Shown piece by piece: positions 56,113 through 64,000 of a stretch of 64,000 nt of DNA. Within the stretch, counting starts at the first letter, position 1; each line of letters opens with the position of its first letter. This stretch comes from a virus. Under the pieces are notes generated by a model, which was not told the DNA's origin, searched no databases, and saw only the letters and a program-made list of their open reading frames with translations. The translations under genes were made by a program, and so were the position numbers. The DNA lies in the IMG/VR virus record IMGVR_UViG_3300036771_000052, positions 33,862-97,861 of that record; one strand, given 5' to 3'.

Positions 56113-56864
56113 TTCGACCCTCCGTCGACCGAACCATAGAACTCATGAAGAAACTCTCCGAGGTTGATAATCCGGATTTTGAGATGATGGACCTCCTTGC
56201 GGTGGCGGAGTATGTGAACTTCGACCACCAGTCCATCGGTGATGAGTATTCCGATAAGCTTGGGTGGGGTGAGTGTGAAACCTGCGGTACACGATGGCCG
56301 TGTACCCCGTGGATTCGTTTAGAGGTGGCGTTAACGGAGTGGCTGATTAAAGCGGTGAACCGTGGGATCGCATGCATGCAGTCAATCTCGTAACACTGTG
56401 GTATGTGACGGTGGCGACGGCGGCGATGGTCATCACTGCGGGATCGTTTCATAAGTGGTAGGTGTCTGCATAGCGGTGTATGTGGTGTTGGTGTCTATTG
56501 CTCTGTTCCTGTTCGAACCGGTCATGAATGACATTCCTATGTTTCTCGGGATTCTGGTTTTGTTGGGGTGGTTGATGGTGTGGATGGTGGGTGTACCGAT
56601 GTGGATTTTCCATCAGACAGGGTTGAAATGAATGCTGAGCGTACGGCGCTGTTCGCGGAGATAGACCAATTCCGTGCCGCGGCGAATGAGATAATCACCC
56701 AAGAGGTCACACAAATCCATGCGATGCGGGACGCCGGGATGGATTCGGCGGAGATTCTGATCGAGGTGATCGGGAAAAACTTGGTCGCCGCGAAAGACAT
56801 CCCACCACACAACATGGCGATCATTTACTCTTTGATGGTTGTGTCTCTCGCGGAGAAAGTTTGA
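56109..56864 (+). other. Small hypothetical CDSs (56109-56393, about 56455-56631 membrane peptide, 56628-56864)
   Basis: ORF chain; C..CG..WPC motif in the first. Confidence 0.5.
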
Positions 56865-57259
56865 AGTTTTTGTTGTTTGTTCCCGGTAGGCCGGCTCCCC
56901 AAGGTTCGAAGCGGCATGTTGGGAGAGGGATTATGGTGGAGTCATCGAAACAGTTAGCTCCGTGGCGTACAACGGTCGCTTGGCATGTTGCTCAAGAGTG
57001 GAAGTCTCCCCCGTTGTGTGGCGCGGTGTGGGTGGATTTGGAGTTTGTTTTGCCGCGACCGAAGTCGACGCCGAAGAAAAAAACTCCCCCGGCGGTCAAA
57101 AAACCCGACGCGGACAAGCTCACCAGGGCAGTCTTTGACGCTTTGACTGGGGTGTGTTGGCGGGATGACTCTCAGATCATCGATTTCCACACGTCGAAAC
57201 GCCTTGCGGAGCTCGACGAGCTCCCCGGGGTGCAGATCGAAATCGTAGGTGATGAATGA
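56861..57259 (+). CDS. rusA: Holliday junction resolvase RusA
   Basis: PAPQGSK, KPDADKL.RAVFDALT, W.DDSQI. Confidence 0.92.
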   Translation: MKFLLFVPGRPAPQGSKRHVGRGIMVESSKQLAPWRTTVAWHVAQEWKSPPLCGAVWVDLEFVLPRPKSTPKKKTPPAVKKPDADKLTRAVFDALTGVCWRDDSQIIDFHTSKRLAELDELPGVQIEIVGDE

Positions 57260-57570
57260 ACGATCCCGTCGTGAAGACATGTGTCGTATGTGAAATCCCC
57301 ATCGGAACTAGACGTACTGAAGAGGTTAGGAAGCATTCTGGGAGAGGGTTGTGCGCGTCGTGTTGGAATTGTGCTTACCATACCGGAACTTTGGATCACT
57401 ATCCAAGGAGCTACCGTAGAGGGAACGACCTTCTAGCGGAGTGGGATTCGCTGCGAGGACACGTCACGTTTGAGGAGTTCCCGCGTGCGGTGAACATTTC
57501 CCGGGAAGCGTGGTTGTCGGTCTATCGCCGGGGAGTGAAAAAGGGTGACCCGAGAGCGGTGGCACGATGA
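57256..57570 (+). CDS. Zn-finger hypothetical protein
   Basis: CVVC...H.GRGLC..C. Confidence 0.55.
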   Translation: MNDPVVKTCVVCEIPIGTRRTEEVRKHSGRGLCASCWNCAYHTGTLDHYPRSYRRGNDLLAEWDSLRGHVTFEEFPRAVNISREAWLSVYRRGVKKGDPRAVAR

Positions 57571-57977
57571 CGTTTAGGATTCTATTGACCGGTGCGCGGA
57601 CGTGGACGGATCGGCCGGCCATCGTCACAGGGTTCACGGCGGCGTTCCGACAGTTCTTCGACGGAGACGAGGACACACCCTCTGCGCTGGTTCACGGCGG
57701 CGCGGTCGGAGCTGATTCTATCGCGGGTGAGATTTGGTTGGCTTGGGGTGATGTGTGGGGTACTGATCTGTATGTTCCCCCGGAGGTTTATGTGGCGAAG
57801 GATTTCTCGACACCTCTTGAGCGGAATAAACACATGGTGGGGTTGGGTGCGGATGTGTGTATCGCGTTTGCGCAGAGGTGGTCTTCGGGGACTGGTCACT
57901 GCGCGAGGTTGGCGCGGAAAGCGAACATTCCTGTCTTGGATTTTGGTGTTCCTACCGGCTATAAGGAGGGTGTGTGA
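57567..57977 (+). CDS. SLOG/DUF2493-like protein
   Basis: RILLTGAR.W.D, LVHGGA.GAD, RN..MV..GAD, S.GT..C. Confidence 0.75.
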   Translation: MTFRILLTGARTWTDRPAIVTGFTAAFRQFFDGDEDTPSALVHGGAVGADSIAGEIWLAWGDVWGTDLYVPPEVYVAKDFSTPLERNKHMVGLGADVCIAFAQRWSSGTGHCARLARKANIPVLDFGVPTGYKEGV

Positions 57978-58152
57978 CGAAGAGGAAGAGGAGTCCGCGG
58001 CGAATTCCGTATTCGGTGGAGCTTCCGGATGGTGTGCGGCGGCGTGCTGTTTGTACGGTGATGCGGGGTCGCCGTGACGGGGATGATATGTGGAATTTGT
58101 TGGAGCATCTGGGTTTGGATGAGGTGGCGCGGGAGATGTTGGCGGAGAGAGC

Positions 58153-58485
58153 ATGAACTTTCTGGATTTGAAACTCACGGTTGAACCATACCTCAACAAG
58201 CTTTGCGATATGAAAACCCCGGAGGAGATTAGGGACTTCCTTGTCGGGGAGGGGATTTTGGCGCAGCGTGGCCATGCGCAGGCGTGCGCGATCGCCGCGT
58301 ATGTTTTCCGGGAGACTGGCCAGATGGTGGCGGTGGGGAACATCGCAACGTGTCCTCCCGGGAAAGGAGACACTTCTTTCGCCGGGAAGATGATTGAGGG
58401 GAACTTTTTGGGTTGGCATACGAAGGCGATGGCGCAGTTCGTGGTGAACTTCGATGCGGGTGACTACCCAGAGCTTGTGGGATGA
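58153..58485 (+). CDS. Sixth member of the CAIA/FD.G.YPEL paralog family
   Basis: VEPYLNKL..MKTPEEIRDFL...CAIAAY...FDAGDYPELV. Confidence 0.8.
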   Translation: MNFLDLKLTVEPYLNKLCDMKTPEEIRDFLVGEGILAQRGHAQACAIAAYVFRETGQMVAVGNIATCPPGKGDTSFAGKMIEGNFLGWHTKAMAQFVVNFDAGDYPELVG

Positions 58486-59370
58486 CGGAAGAGGAACGTA
58501 CCCAATGGTTGGCCGCGGCTGATCAACATCGCGCCACCTACGACAAAACCCTCGATGGGATGATCAAAGACGTAGCTGGAAGTTTGGAGAAAAATGATTC
58601 GACAAGAGTGTGGGGTCAGATTGTGTATGAATTGCATCATCAACACGGTGTATCTCTTAGCACAGCGCTGATGATGGCAACCGCGCTGGTGCGGTTGGCG
58701 GAAAGGAAGAAGAAAAGTGGGTAACTGGCGCTCAGTGGTCACGATCGCCACCGTCCTAGTCAGCATCATCTTCACGGTGAACGCTTCCCTTCACCCCGAT
58801 GTGAATTCTCGGATGGCGGCGATGGCGTGGATTGGGGTGATGTTGTGTTGGTGGTGCTTCGACATGAACATGGACATCAGGTCGCATCGCAGAGTGATCA
58901 ACGCGCAAGCGCAGGAGTTGATGGAACATCGGAGAGTCATTGAACACTTATGTGAGTTGGAACACGACCATTTTAAGGAGGTTGCGTGACGCCGGATGGT
59001 TCATTGTTGGCGTCGCCACCGCCATAGGATCGCTAGTTGCTTATGTTCATGGTCGGCGTAGGTCGATGCTGGCTGAGGTGACGTGTCAGAAGTGTGGGAA
59101 GTGTTTCACCTGCCACATGAGGGAGATCAAACCGGCGATCCGGTTTCATGAGGAGTTCGACTGCGCATGACCGAAAAGTTCCTGGATATCGGCTACCTCG
59201 GCGCTTCGGCGGTTGTGGTGGCGATAGGGGTGTCCGATGTGTACACCGACAACACCCACGGTGTGGAACTCACCGTCGTCGAGCTCCTGTCCCTGATCCT
59301 GCTGCGCGGCTGGATGAACTGGAAACGCATCGGCTACCTCCAAGACGACATCCGAAAGCGTCGTGGTTGA
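58482..59370 (+). other. Small hypothetical/membrane CDSs (58482-58724, 58717-58989, about 58982-59170, 59167-59370)
   Basis: Overlapping ORF chain. Confidence 0.5.
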
Positions 59371-60089
59371 TGCCGCTGTTGCTTGACCTGTTTTGTGGGG
59401 CCGGAGGCAGTGCGAAAGGTTACCGATACGCAGGGTGGGAGGTCATCGGTGTCGACATCGTCAAACAACCCCGCTTCCCGTACGAGTTTTTGCAGCGTGA
59501 CGTGATGGAACCCGGTCTGCTCCCCCATCTAGTTGATACGTATAGACCTCATGTAATCCATGCATCGCCACCCTGTCAGGCGTACTCCCCGCTCAACAAC
59601 ATCAACCGAAAGAGTTATCCCGACCTCATCGCGCCAGTTCGTGATATGCTCTGCGCTACCGGCATCCCCTGGATAATCGAGAACGTCCCACAAGCACCCT
59701 TGATCGACCCGGTGATCTTGTGTGGCTCGATGTTCGGACTGAGGCTCTACCGTCACCGAGGTTTCGAGTCCAACATCAGACTCGTCGGGAGGAAACACCC
59801 CAACCATGTAGCCAGATGCTCACGCAACGGCAGTCTCCCCACCGTAGACAAGCCGTTCATGACCATCACCGGCGGGAGACACTCACGCGCATGGCAACTC
59901 AAAGCATGTGAATACATGGGTTTACCGTGGCTGGCGGCCACCAACCCGAAAGAGCTGCCACAAGCCATCCGGGAAGTGTGTGAGGCGATCCCCCCTTGCT
60001 TTACCTGGTGGGTAGGCAAACAACTCATCGAGGCGATCGACATCCCGCCGATGGATTTGGGGTGGCTGTCGTTCGCATCTTCCGCATAA
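59370..60089 (+). CDS. DNA cytosine-5 methyltransferase (compact, orphan)
   Basis: LLDLFCGAGG, GVDI, ASPPCQ, IENV, R.HR.FE, EAIPP. Confidence 0.85.
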   Translation: MPLLLDLFCGAGGSAKGYRYAGWEVIGVDIVKQPRFPYEFLQRDVMEPGLLPHLVDTYRPHVIHASPPCQAYSPLNNINRKSYPDLIAPVRDMLCATGIPWIIENVPQAPLIDPVILCGSMFGLRLYRHRGFESNIRLVGRKHPNHVARCSRNGSLPTVDKPFMTITGGRHSRAWQLKACEYMGLPWLAATNPKELPQAIREVCEAIPPCFTWWVGKQLIEAIDIPPMDLGWLSFASSA

Positions 60090-60131
60090 ATTTTTGCGCT
60101 CTCGCGCGGGCGCAGCTTTGAAGGAGGACGC

Positions 60132-60323
60132 GTGAAGTATGCGGTCGCTAAAGGCGCCGGGTGGGTGAGTGTCAATCTCCCCGCCGAGGTGATGGCCGAG
60201 TGGCGAGTCGGAACCATCATCAGCATCGGCACCGAACAACGCATGGTCTGCGGATTCGACGACACCAACGGAACCAGAACGTTCCGCCTCGTCAAGACAG
60301 AGCAGTTAACGGAAAAGGAGTAG
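60132..60323 (+). CDS. Hypothetical protein
   Basis: RBS AGGAGG. Confidence 0.5.
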   Translation: MKYAVAKGAGWVSVNLPAEVMAEWRVGTIISIGTEQRMVCGFDDTNGTRTFRLVKTEQLTEKE

Positions 60324-60325
60324 AC

Positions 60326-61231
60326 ATGAGACGAGTCGTGTATGCGCTTATGGCGGTCATCGCCATGGCGTTGATGGCCGGGTGTGGCGTGGCCGACCCC
60401 AACCCATCCGAAGTGGCGTTGGAATACAATGGCGGACCTTTCAGTAATCAGCAGTTCATCTCGTGCGTGACACCGGGAACGAGGGATGTGACGGGACCCA
60501 ACGATACGTTTTTCTATTATCCTCATGGGACGCGTACATACTCGTTTGCGGGTGATCCAGGTCAACCAGCCGGCGGCGCCGATGAAGGCGCTATCCTGGT
60601 CAACACGAAAAACAATGTTCAGATGACCGTCACCGGATCGATCACCTTCACGTTGAATGAGTCCTGCGCACCCTTCACCGACCGGAATCACCATTTTTGG
60701 CCGGGTGGGATGCTGCAAAAGTTCCACGACACCATCGGACGGTCCCACAACATGGCCGCGGCTGTATCCAATGCCGACTTCGGCGGCAACAACGGCTGGG
60801 GACAAGGTCTCAACCTCTACCTGGGTGGACCAGCGTCGAAAGCGTTGAACAACGCCGGGTTGGGATACAACTGGCAAGACCTCTACTCCAATCTTCAGGC
60901 TAGGAACGCGTTCGTCGCGCAAGCCGAAGCCGACATCAAAACCTTGATCACCCAACAAGCCGGGGATGATTTCTTCCTGATCCAAAATGTTCAAGTCGAT
61001 CAACCTCAACCCCCCGCATCTACCGTCGGTCAGATGACCGCATTGCAAGATCAGATCATCCAAAATCAGCAGGCTGACCAGGCTCAGAAGTTGGCCGCGG
61101 GTTTCCCGGGTGGGATCAACGGCTATTTGGACTATCAGCAGAAGCAAGCGGTGAACAAGGCCATCGCCGACGGTAGAGTCCAGGTGTTGCCGATCCCGTT
61201 CGGTTCCAGTGTGATCGTCGGTGGACATTGA
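60326..61231 (+). CDS. SPFH/band-7-like lipoprotein
   Basis: LMAGC lipobox, Y.GGP, YP...RTY, C-terminal QQ coiled coil and AIADG.V.V.PIP.GS. Confidence 0.75.
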   Translation: MRRVVYALMAVIAMALMAGCGVADPNPSEVALEYNGGPFSNQQFISCVTPGTRDVTGPNDTFFYYPHGTRTYSFAGDPGQPAGGADEGAILVNTKNNVQMTVTGSITFTLNESCAPFTDRNHHFWPGGMLQKFHDTIGRSHNMAAAVSNADFGGNNGWGQGLNLYLGGPASKALNNAGLGYNWQDLYSNLQARNAFVAQAEADIKTLITQQAGDDFFLIQNVQVDQPQPPASTVGQMTALQDQIIQNQQADQAQKLAAGFPGGINGYLDYQQKQAVNKAIADGRVQVLPIPFGSSVIVGGH

Positions 61232-62026
61232 GATGGATAAGACGCAGAAAATCTGCCGCATCATCTATGTGGCGCTCGTCATCTTCGTCCTCGGCATCGT
61301 CCTCGGCTGCGTACTCGACTCCATCGGAACGTTCGGCATCTTCTCCGGGATAGCCGTACTAGTTGCGGCATCCACCCTGTTGCTGGCCGACGACAAGACA
61401 CAGTGGTGACCGATGGGTAAGGCAGACATCTATGTGTTCCTCATCATCCTGGCCGTGATCGCGCTAATCGCTGGCTCTTACGGTTTGGTGAGGTTGTTCG
61501 AGAACATGGCCGCGGCGGCGCATGAACGGCGACGCAGCGAACTCGAACGCACCACCCCATGGTCCCACTACCTGAAAGTCGGCCAACAAGGCGAATATGT
61601 CATCGGTGTACAACGCTGGGTCCAAGGATTCAAACCGTTCGAAGGACCCGTGGAGATATGCCGACTCCCCCACGACCGGGATTTGGTTGATGTGAACACG
61701 CGGGTGAACGAGGCGAAGGACCGTGCTAACTTGTTGAATGAGACACGGAACATATGAGAGTCCCCGTGCGGCAGTACGCGTGCGCCACGCAAGACTGTAC
61801 AGCGTACGGAATCATGTATGTTTATCCCGTCTACCCGGGGGTGTTTCCGGAGTGCGATCACTTTCAGTGGCCGATCGTGAAGTGTGTCCACTGTGGTTGG
61901 CGGAATGAGATAGTGTGGGAGAAGTACATGGATTTGGATGATTGGATACCAGGGGTTCATCCGTCTAATCCGATCCCGGAGGATGTGTTGACGGAGATGA
62001 AAGCCAACGGTGTAGAGTTCCCATAG
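61221..62026 (+). other. Small CDSs (61221-61409 TM, 61413-61757 TM, 61754-62026 Zn-ribbon)
   Basis: ORF chain. Confidence 0.5.
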
Positions 62027-62030
62027 AAAA

Positions 62031-62073
62031 GTCTCGTCCCTTTCACCGTTGCGGGGAATAAAAGGGACGAGAC
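62031..62073 (+). terminator. Hairpin
   Basis: gtctcgtcccttt / aaagggacgagac. Confidence 0.6.
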
Positions 62074-62118
62074 CGGTCTTCCAAAAATGAGGATACATCC
62101 CCTTTTTGGAGGCTCCAC

Positions 62119-62961
62119 ATCGACACGCCGATCTGCGGCAACATTTCTTGCGACAACCCCACCCGCGACAGTGTTCTATGCTACTCGTGTCAGTCCCGTC
62201 TGCGGAGGAAACTCCGCGACGTCGAAGAGCTGTGGAAAGAACTGGAAATCACACGTCGCAGACTGGCGAACACCGCTCACGAACGAGTCGGAGGGAGATC
62301 AACCACAAAACCACTCCCGTGGAACGAGTCCGCGGCGCAAGCGGCCACAGATTTGTGGGGAGTGATGAACGCGTGGGCTAAAGACATCCACCTCAAAGGT
62401 GACTTCCATCCGTCTGATCCGTTGCATGTGGCGATTCAGAGTCCGGTGTTGGTGTCTCGATGGTTGCTGCGTAATTTCACGGCGTTGATGCGGCTTCCTG
62501 ATGTGGGTGAGTTCGCGGATGCGTTGTTTAATGCGTGGTCGCGTGCGGTTCGGGTGATTGATCGTCCCCCGGATAAAGTCTTCGCGGGGTTGTGCAACAC
62601 GTCATCCGATGGGGTGAATTGTGCGGAGTCGTTGTATGGTCTCCCCGGCGGCGAAGGAGTAAAATGTGTGGCGTGCGGAGCGGAACACAACTTGAAGGAT
62701 CGGCGTGCGTGGATGTTGGAACACGTGGAGGATGAGTTGGCGTATTCGGGTCTCCTAGCTGGACTTATCACCAGTTTGGGTATTCCGATTGCGTCTGCTA
62801 CGATCAGGAAGTACGCTCAGAAAGGCAAGATCGTCCCGGTGGATTTCGACACAAGAAACCGTCCCCGCTATAGGGTTGGGGATGTGTTGGATGTGTTCCT
62901 CAAGCGGGACGAAGAAAAATTCTTGGAAAAGTACTTGACAAATGGTTCAGCGCCACAGTAA
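62119..62961 (+). CDS. Zn-ribbon + C-terminal HTH regulator, probable ATC start
   Basis: Frame open from 62062; N-terminal C..C/LC..C; PLPWN..A; IDRP; C..CG; TIRKYA..G; R.YRVGDV; GGAGG 6 nt before ATC. Confidence 0.7.
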   Translation: MDTPICGNISCDNPTRDSVLCYSCQSRLRRKLRDVEELWKELEITRRRLANTAHERVGGRSTTKPLPWNESAAQAATDLWGVMNAWAKDIHLKGDFHPSDPLHVAIQSPVLVSRWLLRNFTALMRLPDVGEFADALFNAWSRAVRVIDRPPDKVFAGLCNTSSDGVNCAESLYGLPGGEGVKCVACGAEHNLKDRRAWMLEHVEDELAYSGLLAGLITSLGIPIASATIRKYAQKGKIVPVDFDTRNRPRYRVGDVLDVFLKRDEEKFLEKYLTNGSAPQ

Positions 62962-62964
62962 GGT
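62935..62964 (+). promoter_or_regulatory. Promoter for tRNA cluster
   Basis: TTGACA-N18-TAAGGT about 25 nt before the first tRNA. Confidence 0.75.
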
Positions 62965-62988
62965 TTAGTTAACTCGCAAGAGTTATGA

Positions 62989-63062
62989 CGCGACGTAGAG
63001 CAGCTCGGTAGCTCGCCAGCCTCATAAGCTGGAGGTCCCAGGTTCGAATCCTGGCGTCGCCA
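62989..63062 (+). tRNA. tRNA-Met(CAT), initiator-like (C1:C72 mismatch)
   Basis: Cloverleaf; anticodon arm ccagc-ctCATaa-gctgg; GGTTCGAATCC. Confidence 0.9.
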
Positions 63063-63071
63063 CGAAAGCAT

Positions 63072-63145
63072 AGCGGGATGGCGCAGTCTGGTAGCGCGCG
63101 AGACTCATAATCTCGAAGACGTGGGTTCAAATCCCACTCCCGCCA
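63072..63145 (+). tRNA. tRNA-Met(CAT) (A1:C72 mismatch)
   Basis: Cloverleaf; cgaga-ctCATaa-tctcg; GGTTCAAATCC. Confidence 0.88.
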
Positions 63146-63205
63146 CGGAGGTACCCGCTGTCCCGTTCCTAGTCCGTTCGTACCAGCGGGTACCTCTACA
63201 CCAAT

Positions 63206-63280
63206 CGGGGTGTAGCTCAGTTTGGTCAGAGCACTCGCTTTGGGAGCGAGGGGCCGTACGTTCGAATCGTACTATCCCGA
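63206..63280 (+). tRNA. tRNA-Pro(TGG)
   Basis: ctcgc-ttTGGga-gcgag; C1-G72. Confidence 0.9.
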
Positions 63281-63282
63281 CA

Positions 63283-63714
63283 GTGTCAATTGTTGTTGAA
63301 AAAGAGTGTACCCGTTGCGGTGAAGCCAGTTTGCATCATGTCCGAGACACCGGGAAAGTACAGGCATACTGCATTACCTGTACGCGAGCCTACTCGAAAG
63401 CTCACTACGAAGCGCATAGAGAGCAGCACAACGCAAGACGCTACGTTAATCAGCAGCGATACAGGCAAGAGGCACGTAAGATAGTAGATGAGTTGAAGTC
63501 GGTTCCATGTGCGGACTGCGGTTTGTCGTACCCACCATGGGTCATGGATTTCGATCATCTGGATGCTGATGCTAAGTTGGCAAACGTCGGCGATATGATT
63601 GGCAGAGGTGCGATTCGAAAGCTGTTGGCTGAAGTCGAGAAGTGTGAAGTGGTATGCTCGAACTGTCACCGAGTTCGTACGTGGAATCGGTCTCACGCCG
63701 AGAATGCAGCATAA
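63283..63714 (+). CDS. HNH endonuclease within tRNA cluster
   Basis: CADCG..YP..VMDFDH, EVEKCEVVCSNCHR.RT; GTG start right after tRNA-Pro. Confidence 0.85.
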   Translation: MSIVVEKECTRCGEASLHHVRDTGKVQAYCITCTRAYSKAHYEAHREQHNARRYVNQQRYRQEARKIVDELKSVPCADCGLSYPPWVMDFDHLDADAKLANVGDMIGRGAIRKLLAEVEKCEVVCSNCHRVRTWNRSHAENAA

Positions 63715-63726
63715 CTGAATAGACGT

Positions 63727-63799
63727 GCTTGTCTTAGCTCAGTGAGTAGAGCACCCGACCTGGGGTCGGGGGACCCCGATGCAACTCCGGGAGCGAGCG
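63727..63799 (+). pseudogene. Degenerate tRNA-Pro(TGG)-like
   Basis: D arm TAGCTCAG..GTAGAGC intact; C33 instead of U33; T loop TGCAACT; bulged acceptor stem. Confidence 0.6.
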
Positions 63800-63804
63800 C
63801 TTTT

Positions 63805-63878
63805 TGGCTTGTAGCTCAATTTGGCAGAGCATTCGGCTGTTAACCGAACGATTGTAGGTTCAAATCCTACCAGGCCAG
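63805..63878 (+). tRNA. tRNA-Asn(GTT)
   Basis: ttcgg-ctGTTaa-ccgaa; G73. Confidence 0.92.
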
Positions 63879-63938
63879 CGGCGCCGGGTGGCGGCGGGCG
63901 CCTACTTCGGTAGGGGTCGTCCCCCGGTGACCACAAAT

Positions 63939-64000
63939 GGGTTCGTAGCTCAATGGTAGAGCACTCGCCTGTCGAGCGAGCGGTTTGCGGGTTCGAATCC
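63939..64000 (+). tRNA. tRNA-Asp(GTC), truncated by window edge
   Basis: ctcgc-ctGTCga-gcgag; GGTTCGAATCC. Confidence 0.85.

Noticed and set aside
63121-63282. N-terminal extension of the HNH ORF as given in the ORF track
   Set aside because: Overlaps two tRNA genes; GTG at 63283 is the more plausible start.

Overview
A 64 kb segment of a temperate tailed phage of an actinomycete; no LysB is seen in the window, which hints at a non-mycolate host. It runs from distal tail genes (1-11.8 kb) through a lysis region (11.8-16.5 kb) that holds an inserted class F sortase cassette. A leftward accessory arm follows (16.6-24.6 kb), then an apparently intact attP with tyrosine integrase, xis and repressor (24.6-27.4 kb), and a long rightward early/replication arm ending in a tRNA cluster at the window edge. 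That arm encodes AAA ATPases, RNA ligase + Pnkp, an intein-containing exonuclease, SSB, initiator, DnaB, RusA and a C5 methyltransferase. Three non-standard systems stand out. (1) An 18-unit stem-loop array with paired 9-nt variable spacers surrounds and overlaps a nuclease-less IS110/Nop-fold gene. This is a TIGR-Tas (TasA)-like RNA-guided system, with most units embedded in open reading frames and one unit matching the phage's own early leader. (2) A ~430-nt ncRNA containing two circularly permuted tRNA-mimic modules (YrlA/Y-RNA-like topology) lies directly after a 251-aa protein of unknown function, with no Ro60 gene in the window. (3) A phage-encoded sortase F sits with a candidate substrate and a His-rich secreted peptide immediately upstream of the endolysin. 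Family names come from motif recognition and recall, not database searches. Coordinates were counted by hand and may be off by a few nt.
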